This document shows, in pieces, positions 38,017 to 50,140 of a stretch of 64,000 bases of DNA. The stretch is from Harriotta raleighana. Its lineage: Eukaryota. The notes below the pieces were generated by a model. It had not been told where the DNA came from, made no database searches, and worked only from the letters and a program-made list of their open reading frames with translations. Within the stretch, counting starts at the first letter, position 1, and every line of letters begins with the position of its first letter. The position numbers were made by a program, and so were the translations under genes. The stretch spans positions 2,426,480 through 2,490,479 of the forward strand of contig JBNZDD010013632.1 of assembly GCA_050575255.1 (NCBI GenBank). Direction: 5' to 3'.

Positions 38017-41000
38017 TTGTATGACTGCATTTTTTGTTCTTAATGCATTTCTTCGCTTTGCAATAATATGCATACCCAGTGAACATAGACCAGAAAATTC
38101 CATAAGTACTTTACCAGCATCAAATATTTAAAATCTTAAATGTTTTATAAACATTAATGATTACTGCATTTTTCCTTAATTGAATAGATACTATGTGTGT
38201 TTGTCTAGATCTTTGGTTCACTTCTCTGCACTTCAGACATAAGAATCTGTAATCAGATGTTACAAAAATAATCAAGTGACTTTAAAGGAAATGAGGAATG
38301 CATTACTAACCACCACAATGCACTATTAAATGATTCTCTTATAGAATATCCTTCAGTTCAGATGATCCGAGAGAATAAATCTTGCCTAGAATTCTAATTT
38401 TACGGGAATGCATAAAGCATGTTGGAACAACTGATTCATTGGACAAAGGATGTTTTATATATTTGCTCTATCAGCCAAAGAGGTAAAGTGCTGTTTGAAT
38501 TATGACATTGGATTACAGTTCAAAAAAGTTTAACATCCGATATCAGAATTATGTATAATTCAAACACACAAGCTCCTTACCTAGGTTAGCACAGGTAACA
38601 CAACATACACAAAAATATTTCCCATTTCAGGATCTTTGATCTCTTAAAGTAACTTATCTAACAAAGAATGATTAAAGAGCAAGGGAGACCTTATCTCCTG
38701 CTCCATCTATTGTGTTTACAAAAGAAACCCTCATGTTATTTTTCCTCTCTTCAGGCCGCCACATGAATCTAAAATTTTACTTTATTTTATCAGCTGTGCT
38801 GAAACTGTAAGCCAGGTGTTCTGAAATCTACCCACGCTCTGGAAATTTCATCAGGGGTATGGATTACTGCTATTGTAGCTTCAAAGAAAGCAATAAAATG
38901 TTCTGCATGTTCGCCTTCCCGTCACTTTAATCATTTCATTTTATTTAAGCACCCAAAATATATCTGCAAGACGTTAACCTGCAATAATCCTTACAGACTT
39001 ATTTATTCTTTACATATGAAGACCACCCCACAATTCACACTATTGTTGGTGTTATGGAGCTTAAGTCAGTTGTGATTGCAACATGTCAGTCAGCATCCTT
39101 TTACTGACCCATAGCAATCAACTGGCTTCAAAATGTCAAATAGTAATGCCCGCAAAAATGTCCTTTTTGATTAATCAAAATCCAATGTCCTGATATGAAA
39201 AAAAACAAGGTCATCTGCCAATAACTGAAAAATAATGCAGTAAATCATTGTGGTCCAGAAATAAATTCCACATCAGTAATTAAAACCACGCTTCTTGGCT
39301 TGCGCTATCACCTCATCAAATTCATTCCTCATCTAGAATAACAGATCCACATCTGCAGTCATTATACCACGCAAGATAAATCAATCCACTGACTGATGCT
39401 TTGGGGCATCATGTCTCCCTTTAAACTTCACTGTATTTATATCCTTATGACACATCTGACATTCTATTTACTGCAGACAAACGAAAATCAACACAACATA
39501 TTGCAACCAGTTCACCGAATATACTTTTTGCGCAGTCTTGTTAACTGTTGTGTCGAGTGATTAGGGTTTATTAGCTGGCAACTTGTTCCTCCATTTCTCA
39601 CCTACTTTAGCAGAATGTGGGTACAAAATAAGCAGGTTTCATAATTCTAAAAGCTATCAAATTCTGCTTCTGTACAACATTTCCTGTTTTCATTAATTCA
39701 GTTACAGGATGGGAAGAGTTCTGGTGTATTTGTTTGGTTCGATGCAATGTAATTCAATTAGTATTCAGTCCAGGGAGATTCTTACAATATTTCTGTAAAT
39801 GCGATGAAAAGAAATCTCGTTTTTAAAAAGGTTATTGTAAAAAAAAAGCCATGATTAATTACTAGAAGCTGACTATATATTGTTTATTTTCTGCATGAGA
39901 CTGTGCTTAAAGAATTTTTGATGAAGCTTTATTTTTTCTTTTTGTTACATCCATACAATCAAGCTGTTTCTTGAGGGTTGCTTTCTGTAATTTTGAATGT
40001 CAGTTTCAATTTTATGCATTCCCTATTGCACATATCCAGATTCAGAAACATCTATTCAAGACATCACTCCTAATTAGATGATTAGTGCTCCGAAGGACAG
40101 TAGATGGGTCATTTACATAATTTAATCATAAAAAGTTAGCAATACATATTTCTGTATGCATTTGTACAATTAACTTCTCATCCTCAGGCTGTGATATTAA
40201 TGTGATTAAACAATATTTCTGCAAACAGGCAAGTGTGTACTCTATTAAACTGCTGCTAGAGGCAAATAAAAAATTAATTTTTGAAGACAATCAATTTTTT
40301 CAACAGGACTGTAATAAATATAACCCATCTGTGACTCTGTCATAATATTTCGGAACTGTAACCTTGCAAAAAAAACATAAGATTGTGCTGGAAGCTATGT
40401 GGTAGAAAATATTAACAAAGCCATTATTCCTGTGTATAACAATACAGTGGAAAAATTGCACAGATGTTCATCAGTAATACAATTTCCATTCAATTTCCTA
40501 AATGCAGTCCCTAAGTGCAAAATAGCTTAACGTTATGTTTAGCTTGCAATTCTTCAATAAATAATGAATGCAATAAAACCTGCAGATCAATTTCAAACCG
40601 AGGAATTATATAAGGATCGTTTTACTCGTACCATTACTGATCTGGAAAGTTTGTTTTAATTTAATGAGTTTGACAGATCAGTCAGTTACAATGTTGTAGT
40701 CTCCCAAGAAACGTATCCGGCAATCCATGGTTACCATTTATATATCTGTCACGATAACAAGCTAAGAATAACACAGAGACATCAAAACATGCAGAGAATC
40801 TATATCCGAGGCGATTTATTTAGATCTGCTCCCATTGATTTATTGTAGAAACTGCAACATCTGCAGTCTGAAGAGATTGCTCTAGGAAAATTAATTCTCG
40901 ATCAATTCAAAATGGAAAACACTCACACACATTATATATAAATATATAGATAGATATAGATATAAAAGAGCACCAGATAAAACTCAACACAGTTTAGTTT

Positions 41001-41135
41001 GGTGATTCTGTTGATTCGGTGGCTGGATTTAGCTGCTAATTGTAAATGTCTTTGAAGACTTTGCGCTAAGTTTTTGTTACCCTGATTGGAAATGACAACA
41101 GCGAGTCCTGCAGGCAGAACACAGCAAACATACAA

Positions 41136-41168
41136 CACACACACACACACACATACACACACACACAC
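41136..41168. repeat. (CA)n microsatellite
   Basis: Directly visible. Confidence 0.9.
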
Positions 41169-41370
41169 CCAGCAAAGCAAAGCCAAGCAGCGATCACTCT
41201 GAAATGAAAGCAGCGTGGTGTCTTAGAATAGCAGATTACAGCATTCTCCCCACGGTTATTTGTTCGAACAGAAAGTTTATTCCGGTCTGTTCTGCATCCA
41301 TCCCCACCCATCCCCATCTTGGGACGATGTTCGTTTAAAATTGTGTACAACACAACAATACAAAGGGGAG

Positions 41371-42233
41371 TGGGGGGGGGGGGGGGGGGGGGNNNNNNNN
41401 NNNNNNNNNNNNNNNNNNNNNNNNNNNNNNNNNNNNNNNNNGGGGGGGGGGGGGGTATTAATCAGGCTGATACACTGCCCGCCCCCATTGCCTCCTTTGT
41501 ACAATTGGGAAGAGATGGAAATAGGAAAGTGTATTCATGTGGGATGAGTTGACTTGGCTGTATGGGTTACATGCTCACAACACTAATAAGGTAGCTAGGA
41601 AAGGCTGGGGAGAGGGAGAGAGGGAGAGAAGGGGGGGGGGGGGGGGGGNATGCTCACAACACTAATAAGGTAGCTAGGAAAGGCTGGGGAGAGGGAGAGA
41701 GGGGGAGGTGGGGGGGGAGAGGGAGAGAAGGGGGGGGGGGGGGGGGGNNNGGAGAGCAAACCATGACTGGGAACAGCAGAAGAGTTTGGAAAAGTGCGAT
41801 CGATGCGTTTAATTGGAGATCAAGCGATTTTAAATTCTGCGCATTAGCTTTCAGACCCTCTGCGATCTNNNNNNNNNNNNNNNNNNNNNNNNNNNNNNNN
41901 NNNNNNNNNNNNNNNNNNNNNNNNNNNNNNNNNNNNNNNNNNNNNNNNNNNNNNNNNNNNNNNNNNNNNNNNNNNNNNNNNNNNNNNNNNNNNNNNNNNN
42001 NNNNNNNNNNNNNNNNNNGTGCGTGTCTCTCTGTGTCTTTCTGTGCGTGACTCTCTGTGTCTCTGTGTGTGTGTGTCTCTATGTCTGTCTCCTTCAGGTA
42101 CATCGATGTTTTTATTAATATAAAATGTCTTTTTTTCAATAAAACACATATCATGTTGGGAATCAAAAGAAAATCCCGTACACACAATCAATGGATGATT
42201 AGCGACAGTGTTCCGCTGGGAGGGTGTGAGGGA

Positions 42234-42264
<31 letters not shown>

Positions 42265-42560
42265 GNNNNNNNNNNNNNNNNNNNNNNNNNNNNNNNNNNN
42301 NNNNNNNNNNNNNNNNNNNNNNNNNNNGGGGGGGGGGGGAGAGGAGAGGGAAAAAAACGTCAAGTAAACGAGTGAGGAATGAAGGAAGGTGACCAATTAA
42401 TGAAAGATCGATCGAGAGAGCGAGAGAGAGAGAAAGAAAGAGAAGCAAGAAACAAAAAGAGTGAGAGAAAGTGTAAGAAAGAAGAGGTGGATGGAGGAGG
42501 GGAGGAAGGGGGTGGGTGAGAGAAAGAGAGAGAGAGAGAGAGATAAAGAAAGAGAAAGGA
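41371..42560. repeat. Poly-G runs, (GA)n tracts and assembly gaps at the 5' end of DACH2 intron 1
   Basis: Several G homopolymers abutting N runs; GA-rich stretch at 42410-42560. Confidence 0.85.
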
Positions 42561-42566
42561 GCTTAC

Positions 42567-43138
42567 CTTGCGTTAGTGCAATCGTTGAACAAAGTTTCAA
42601 AGTCTTTCCTGGAGATGAGTTTGCAGCGGTTGACTCCGGGCTGGATGGCTCCCAGTCCCCTGAGGATCCGGACCTGCTCCACCGTGCACACCACGGGCGT
42701 TATATCCAGTCTCTTTAACTTGGTGTAGACCGTGTGCAGACCGCCCACCAGGTGCTTGAGGAACAGATCGAAAACCTGAGGCAGACAGATCAGCTCCTGA
42801 CCGTCCACAGTGAAAGACGCCACCTTGACCCCACGGAGCTCGACCATCTTGCACTCGTTGCCTCCCCCTCCCCCTCCTCCACTACCCCCCCCTCCTCCTC
42901 CTCCTCCCCCTCCTCCTCCTCCTCCTCCGCTGTTGCTGCTGCTGCTGCTGATGAGGACGGTGTTGTTGTTATTAACGTTACCGAGTCTCGGGCACTCGGT
43001 GGTGGGGCTGCTGCCGCTGTTGTTGCTGCTGCTGCTGTTGTTGTACACGGAATCGGTGCGAAACAAGCCTCCTGCTGACACCGGGGTGGAGGTGGGTGTG
43101 AGAGGGGGCGGTGGGATAACGGGAGCCGAAACAGCCAT
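42567..43138 (-). CDS. DACH2: Dachshund homolog (DACH2-like) coding exon 1, with the N-terminal low-complexity region and SKI/SNO/DAC (DHD-N) domain
   Basis: ATG at 43138 in strong Kozak context (GCCATGG). Translation MAVSAPVIP...GGLFR...NECKMVELRGVKVASFTVDGQELICLPQVFDLFLKHLVGGLHTVYTKLKRLDITPVVCTVEQVRILRGLGAIQPGVNRCKLISRKDFETLFNDCTNA. Phase-2 donor AG|GTAAGC at 42567/42566. QELICLPQVF, LDI, VVCTVEQ and ETLF, plus adjacency to CHM, favour DACH2 over DACH1. Confidence 0.95.
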
Positions 43139-43319
43139 GGCCACTTGTCCACATGTAGTCTGTCTGTCTGTGTGTTTGTCTGTGTGTGTGTTTGTGTATA
43201 ATGAGCAGGAGAGGACAGTGTGTGAGAGAGGAGCCCGCACTCTGCTTAGTCTCTGCTCAGTCTGTGTGTCCCACACACACACACACACCCACACCGCCCA
43301 CCTCCGGCCTGAGTGACAG

Positions 43320-43450
43320 GCAGGACCCGCAGCCAATCGGCGCCGACCGTTACACCTCGCCACGCCCTCCATCTGGGGTTCGAACGGCAGCTCGACCAAT
43401 CGGGGTGCAAGGGAGGCGGGGAGGGGACGGGGACAAGGGGGCGGAACCTC
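43320..43450 (-). promoter_or_regulatory. Putative DACH2 proximal promoter (two CCAAT/NF-Y boxes and GC boxes, CpG-rich)
   Basis: GCAGCCAATCGG (CCAAT 43333-43337) and GACCAATCGG (43396-43400). GGGAGGCGGGG and GGGGGCGGA at 43411-43445. Lies 200-300 bp upstream of the ATG. Confidence 0.65.
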
Positions 43451-43801
43451 CCAGCTCCTCGCCTTCGCTCAAATACGTGGGCTGGGATGAAGGTCTGAGT
43501 GAGAAATCACTGAGAATGAATGGGACAAGAAGCTGCTTTAGCAATTTGGTATCTCTTTTGGGGAAGAAAAAAAAAACAGCTGTAAATCCCCTCTCTCTGT
43601 CTGTCTGTCTGTCTGTCTGTGTGTGTCTGTGTCTGTCTCCCCCTCGAAAAAAAAGTTTGCTAAAGTTTCCATCTCTTTTTCTTTTTAAAAAAAAGTACTG
43701 CAACATAAAAACATAAAAAGACACAGCTTACCCCGACACCTCAGTTATTTATCTTCCTGTTAAACAATGAACACGTACTTTTAAAAAAATGTATTTATTA
43801 T

Positions 43802-43922
43802 AATTGGCTGCTGCGTTTCGCCCACCTATATAGTCAATTAATTCACTTTACAGTATGTCCTGTGAAGCGCTTTCAGACGCCTAGAAGGGCTAGATCAAAT
43901 GCAAGGATTATTATTATTATTG
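43802..43922 (+). mobile_element. SINE 3' fragment
   Basis: AATTGGCTGCTGCGTTTCGCCCAC...AAGCGCTTTCAGACG...AAATGCAAGGATTATTATT. Confidence 0.8.
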
Positions 43923-44571
43923 TATAGAAATAAGATGACGAAACAGATCCAGGGTCACTAATTTCATGACTAATTGGGAATGGATTTAAGACGCTATACC
44001 TTCTCCTGTCGGTCTCTTTCGTTGTTTCTGAGCAAATCGACCATTCCAAACCAAACAAAATCTAATCTGCATTTTGTTTTTTTTAAAACGTGGGAGGGGA
44101 ATGGAGAATGGGTGAAGAAGTGCGAGGATAATTTTGGAAACTTGCTGACATTAACATTGGACATCCGAACCATCCCGGTTATCCATTTATTATGAATGGG
44201 AGGGGAGTGGAGAATAGTTGATTTAAAGCATTTATCGATTTTCATTTCCTCTTGTACAAGGGGATGTCCAGCTTCTCCCAGTCACTGCATTTCCTCCCTT
44301 CCACGTCCAAAGGGAATTGGCGACGTGTTTCTTTCTTTGATCTAACACTGTGATGGCACACACACGGCGGATACACAGTACAAGAATCAGTATTAAACTA
44401 ACAGATTGTTTAAATCCATATCAAACGGAGTGCAGCAGAACATTTCATTACTGAAGGGGACTGAATGTGAAGCGTATCAGTTTTTTTTTGGAGTATACAG
44501 CGTTCGCCAGATGCCGCCTTGTGTTTAGGTCGTCTTCAACCTAATTGCTCTGAATTATTCTGGGCTGGGGA

Positions 44572-44815
44572 ACCAGAGACATTTACAGCACAGAAGAAGA
44601 CTTGACTGTTCGCCCCAATCCTGAAAGAACAAGCCATTCAGAGCCATCCTAATCCATTAAAACTGTCTTTTACCCCTACCCCTGCAAGTTACTCATTTTT
44701 AGATGTTATTCATCCAGTTCCTCTTGAAAATGAATATGGATACTGCTTCCACGTGGGGGTTAGGGTCCATTAGGCAGGGCATTCCATGTCCTAACGACTC
44801 TCTGTATAAAATTAT
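44572..44815 (-). mobile_element. CR1 LINE 3' end
   Basis: Reverse complement encodes QRVVRTWNALP...FKRNW.., followed by the CR1 3' UTR (CTTCTTCTGTGCTGTAAATG). Confidence 0.7.
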
Positions 44816-45380
44816 CCCCCCCCACCCCTTGTTTGCCCCACTTTGTAACAGAAACTATGGAGAACGTTTGATTTCTCGGCGACAAAACATAGGCAATGTC
44901 GAGTTACTGTGAAGACCTACAAGTCTTCAAAACACGCAGCACAAATACCAGCAAGCTGAACCTTGTTGTTTGCAATGAAATACAGTGTGAACACGCCCCT
45001 CCCCGATCAACAGAAATAAACATCTTTCTCCAGGAGGCTACGATTTATATATCGGAATTCTCCAATACCGAAGTCCTGACTTATTTGAAAGCAAACTCTT
45101 CAAATCCTAGCATGAACGCTTATCGTGCATAAATTAGCCCATCGATTTTAAAAAAAAATATTGTAACTCAATATGTATGGAACAGAATCATTTGCAATTA
45201 TTTGTACCCTTAGTGCTGGACACGAACATTTCTGGGCGTTATTGTTACCCAAGCATCCCACTACCCNTTAAAAAAATATTGTAACTCAATATGTATGGAA
45301 CAGAATCATTTGCAATTATTTGTACCCTTAGTGCTGGACACGAACATTTCTGGGCGTTATTGTTACCCAAGCATCCCACT

Positions 45381-45444
<64 letters not shown>

Positions 45445-48400
45445 NCATTTTTACAGCCTGCAAAACTCCAGATTTATATAAAATGTTTGAAAATATAAAT
45501 GAGTATGTCTGCATCGTGGGTCGAAATAACACTGTCGACACCAATACGGGAATAGTAGACGAAAGGAGACACGTGCATTCCATGTGGTGGATAGAAGAAA
45601 ATATTCAAGGATAATATATACTGTGCACACACACACACATATATATAAATGACACAGGAGATAGCACGGGTTACCTTGCCATGACCTGCATTGAGTGTTA
45701 TGGAATTAAAGGCTTGATTCATGCCGGGGTAGTCCATTTCATACACATGTAATTCGAAGATAAAGCCACCTGTAATATTTATGTGGTAGCCAACGAACAG
45801 CTAACTCATCTACTCGTTTCATTCACTGTTAGACGGTTGGGAGACAATTCCACGTTGCAACAACGAGAAGAACAACCGTCCACACCAAAATGAGGGATTG
45901 AAATGGGGAAGGGAGGGGGGAAATGATGGATGACAAGTGATTTTCCTCTTGGATTCCATGCGGTCTGTCTTGGGCTTCAGATGTGCTTCAGATTCCTATC
46001 CAACGGTTGTGATTCCCACATGACAAAGCTTTTTTTTCCCTGCAAGTTTCCAGCCTCATTTCCCAGTATGTATTTTTTTTTTGTGTGTGTGTGTGGGAGT
46101 CTAGTGGCTATTATTAGTATTATTAGTAGTATTGTTATTAAAGTACCCTACAGTCCAGACATGGTGCGAAGAAATGCAAGAGCAGCAGAACATCTTGTCT
46201 GTTAAACAATGGAGGAATCCCAAATGCACAGTTGGTTTGTGTTTAGCTGGAAGATTATTGAGCTAACAGGTTGCTGTATAAGCAGTGACTTCTCTGCACC
46301 CCCCCTTCTCCGCCACCACCCACCTGAACGACTTGTACGTGTTTCTGACTGGAAACTAAATGGTTAGCAATGCTTGAAAATAAACGCATAGAGTTAATCA
46401 TAAGGAAGCAAATTAAGATTACATTACCTCACCGAAAAGTCAGAGAATCGAGTGTTAAAGTTCACTACCGTCCACACACCAACAGTTTAATAATAACGAT
46501 GGGGAGGGGGGGGTGTGGCGGGGGGAGAAATAAGACATTATTGGAGTTTTTACTTGCTAACATGTTTTGAAAACAGAAGCTAACATTTGAAAACGCTACA
46601 ATCAGAAAGCTGCGGATTGGGGAAACACATTGAAAAATAGTCATGTTTTTTTTTAAAAAAAAGCATTTTGAACTATTTGCTGTTGAACATGCAGCGAAAC
46701 ATTGCTGCGGATGTTTTTATTAACGCCAGAAACAAAGTGATATTCAGTCTTTTGATGCGTTTTGAAAGGATGTCACCAACCCCCCCACATTCTCCATCCC
46801 AACACAGTACGAGGCTTGTGTCTCATGTCACTTCCAGTTGCTGAGTTATAAAGTGATGTTTGACGTTGAAAATGTTGACAAAATAGGCAAACATCAACAA
46901 ATAGATTATGTTTTGACTGATGTGTATGAGATCAATTTTCTGTTTGCATTCTTAGAGACAAGGGGAAGAATATACATATATATATATATCCCTATGCTTG
47001 TACTCACAAACATTTGAATGAATCAATAGCAGAAGAGGTCTCACGACAGCTACCACATTGCAGTTGGAGAAATCAGTTCACTTTGGAGCATAATCTGCCG
47101 CATTGCTAATAAGGACCGACTTGATGCTCTCCCAATCATGTCCACTTGTGCTGGGAAACCCCCCCCCCCCCACACACACACACACACACACTGATCGTCT
47201 AGTTTCATTCACAAAAAAAATATTAGGCGTATTCAAGGAAATTAACCTAAGCAATTGTGTGATGAGTAATCACCACTTACCGAGAATGGAACCTCTAAAA
47301 TAATTTGACAGAGAGCGCTGNGATCATCTAGTTTCATTCACAAAAAAAATATTAGGCGTATTCAAGGAAATTAACCTAAGCAATTGTGTGATGAGTAATC
47401 ACCACTTACCGAGAATGGAACCTCTAAAATAATTTGACAGAGAGCGCTGCTGCTGAACTCTAATTGTAGAGTACTTACATTTGATTTAAGGCGATAGGAT
47501 TCAGAGGGTGCTCTTTGCAGACTGATCTGGAAAACTCGGCTCATAGGGTTCAAAGCAAAGTAATTAACTTTGCAGACAGCGTAATGACAGTGTAGCAACA
47601 ATCACCAGTCGACATCATTTTAGTGTTTGGTGAAACTAACCTGCAATACCGTCTTTTTTTTCGCCCCAGAAATGTCTTCTTTTGCAAACCAGCGATGGAT
47701 TTTTAACCAGGTGGCAAAGAGAATGGCCAGCTGAAAGCTTCGGCGCCTGTGATAGACACTCTGGGTTTATAAAACCAACCTGAGAACTTGCGAAATAAAA
47801 TGGAAGGATATTTAAATTTGTATTTCACTCCCTCCTGCTTAATGCATTTCTTTGAGCCGTTTCACCCTTCAATGGAAATCTGAAAATGGCAATAGATTTC
47901 AAGGAAATCTTGGTTTCGGATATCCTCAATGTACAGCTTGAGCTCATTGTAAAAATAGGTTTGGATTTGAGTGTTTAATAATACTGTAATAAATANCAAT
48001 GCATTTCTTTGAGCCGTTACACCCTTCAATGGAAATCTGAAAATGGCAATAGATTTCAAGGAAATCTTGGTTTCGGATATCCTCAATGTACAGCTTGAGC
48101 TTATTGTAAAAATAGGTTTGGATTTGAGTGTTTAATAATACTGTAATAAATAATAATAATACATAATAATAATAACCTGTGACTCCTACCCAATAACATA
48201 ATTTCTTAAGATTTAATATGCATTTATGAGAGTTAATTTAATCAAAGTCTGCTTTCACTGTTCCACCTTGCCCATTAGTTTTTCCTAACACTAAATGACA
48301 ACAAGGTTGAAAGTTCTCTTGACCTTAAATGGCTAAAGTTGAATTCAATTTATTTTACTCCTTCGAATTGTGGGTCATTGAGAAGTTATGTAAAAAAAAG

Positions 48401-49049
48401 TTATGTGAAGCTTAAAGTTGTTCCAAACAAATTTTATTTAAAGAGCTCACGGGGAAGCATGTATTGGAGAGTGTCCCTCCTTGGTAATATTTCAATTAGA
48501 CAAACACTAATATTTCAAGGCACAACTATTTATAGTTTCTCTGTGTTATAATTTGCAAACCAAAGCATAATCTCTATGGATCAGAAGCAATTTGTTAAAT
48601 TGTCAACTTCATACATGTTAAAATCCAGTTCATATTTCACATCAAGATGTGTGTGTGTGTGTGTGGGGGGGGTTGGGAGACTTTTAGAAAAGATTATTGG
48701 CTTGTGGTGTCTTATTGTTTCACATTATATCTAGCAATCAATTCCAATACAGTACTTAGATTTTTTTTCTGTGGGAATAGATGGCTGGAGAGAGAGAATC
48801 AATGCATACAGAATTGTGCCTCACTGTGTAATTTGCTGTTTGTTTGTTGTTCCACATTATATAATGTAATTTATTCCAACACAATCCAACGGATTTAGAT
48901 TCGTTCTGTAGGAATAAATGATTGGCGAAAGAGAGGGAACCAAATTCACAAACAATGGATTAAGTCTAACTTTGTGCCATCTCTTCACTCAAATCACATG
49001 CTTGGAGGAGTAGTGAGAGTGAGAGGGAGAAAGAAACAGATAAGATTTT

Positions 49050-49562
49050 ATGTGCGCAAGCGAGAAGCCTAGGTTCAATTCCTGGCCAGGGCGAAAACTT
49101 GGGCAAGTTTCCTTACTCCACACGCCTGATAATAATTCAACCGACTGTTTGTGGGGACAATGCTGTGTGCAATTGGCTGACGTGTTTCGCTCACAAAATA
49201 TACAGTCAATTCACTTTACAGTATATTGTGCGAAACGTTTTGAGACGTCTGGAAGACATGAAAAGCACTGTATCGAATGAAAGGATGATTATTACTACTA
49301 TTATTATTACTACAGTACTATTATTAGGCTTTGAGATGTCTCGAAGACGTGATACGGTGCCATTTCAAATGCAAGGTCTTGTAGCTCAGTGGCATTTGGC
49401 TGCCGCGTTTCGCCCACAACTATACAGTCAATTCACTTTATGGTATATTCCGCGAAGCGCTGTGAGACATCTAGAAGACGCGAAAAGCGCTGTATCAACT
49501 GCAAAGATTATTATTATGACTATTATTATGACCATTACAGTATTATTACTACAGTATCATTG
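49050..49562 (+). mobile_element. Tandem cluster of three SINE pieces immediately upstream of the CHM promoter
   Basis: Copy 1, 49050-49325 (B box GGTTCAATTCC, body, ATT tail); tail-only piece 49328-49375; copy 3, 49376-49562 (A box fused to 3' body, ATT tail). Confidence 0.85.
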
Positions 49563-49579
49563 TTAGGCTGAGTGCTTGC

Positions 49580-49710
49580 TAACCAATGACTGACGCATGC
49601 GCCTTGACTGACACATGCGCCTTGACTGACAGCGGGAGAGGGGGCGGGGTCTTCGCCTCGGCCTGCGTCACTTCCTGTTGTCACAGGAGCGACAGTGAAG
49701 ATGGCGACGG
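49580..49710 (+). promoter_or_regulatory. CHM housekeeping-type promoter: CCAAT, NRF1-like, GC box, ETS/CRE composite, YY1
   Basis: CCAAT 49583-49587; ACGCATGCGC 49593-49602; GGGGCGGGG 49641-49649; GCGTCACTTCCTG 49665-49677; AAGATGGCG overlapping the start codon. Confidence 0.75.
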
Positions 49711-49749
49711 ACCTGCCAACGGAGCATGAGCTGTTGATCCTGGGCACAG
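49701..49749 (+). CDS. CHM: Rab escort protein 1 (choroideremia) exon 1
   Basis: MATDLPTEHELLILGT(G), compare human MADTLPSEFDVIVIGTG. 49 nt; donor G|GTATGT. Confidence 0.92.
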
Positions 49750-50140
49750 GTATGTCCTGTGACTGTCCTCAGGGGGGGCTGACTGCCCGCCCGTCCGCAG
49801 CGATTGTCGAGGTTTCAGGGGATCCTTGTTTACTCGGGGAAGGCGTCAGATGTTTGAATCACCAGAGATTAATCAGTGATTAAATCAGGCCTCACACACC
49901 CGCAGGATCCGCTGTTTCCCCCCCACTCCCTNNNNNNNNNNNNNNNNNNNNNNNNNNNNNNNNNNNNNNNNNNNNNNNNNNNNNNNNNNNNNNNNNNNNN
50001 NNNNNNNNNNNNNNNNNNNNNNNNNNNNNNNNNNNNNNNNNNNNNNNNNNNNNNNNNNNNNNNNNNNNNNNNNNNNNNNNNNNNNNNNNNNNNNNNNNNN
50101 NNNNNNNNNNNNNNNNNNNNNNNNNNNNNNNNNNNNNNNN

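Larger units (their letters stand above)
1..42566 (-). other. DACH2: DACH2 intron 1 (continues beyond window start)
   Basis: Follows the exon-1 donor. I found no sequence encoding the next DACH exons (SSRPGRPPKR or the RKRQMTRK micro-exon) by eye. Very large first introns are typical of DACH genes. Confidence 0.75.

Noticed and set aside
41371-42340. Long poly-G runs as G-quadruplex elements (also poly-C at 45382-45444)
   Set aside because: All abut gaps; true lengths are unreliable.
42734-43316. Plus-strand ORFs with poly-Pro/Leu/Ser/Ala
   Set aside because: Antisense shadows of the triplet-repeat-rich DACH2 exon.
43139-43399. N-terminal 87-aa extension of the DACH ORF in the track (42563..43399)
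   Set aside because: Starts at a non-ATG codon within the promoter and runs through microsatellites; the homologous start is MAVS at 43138.
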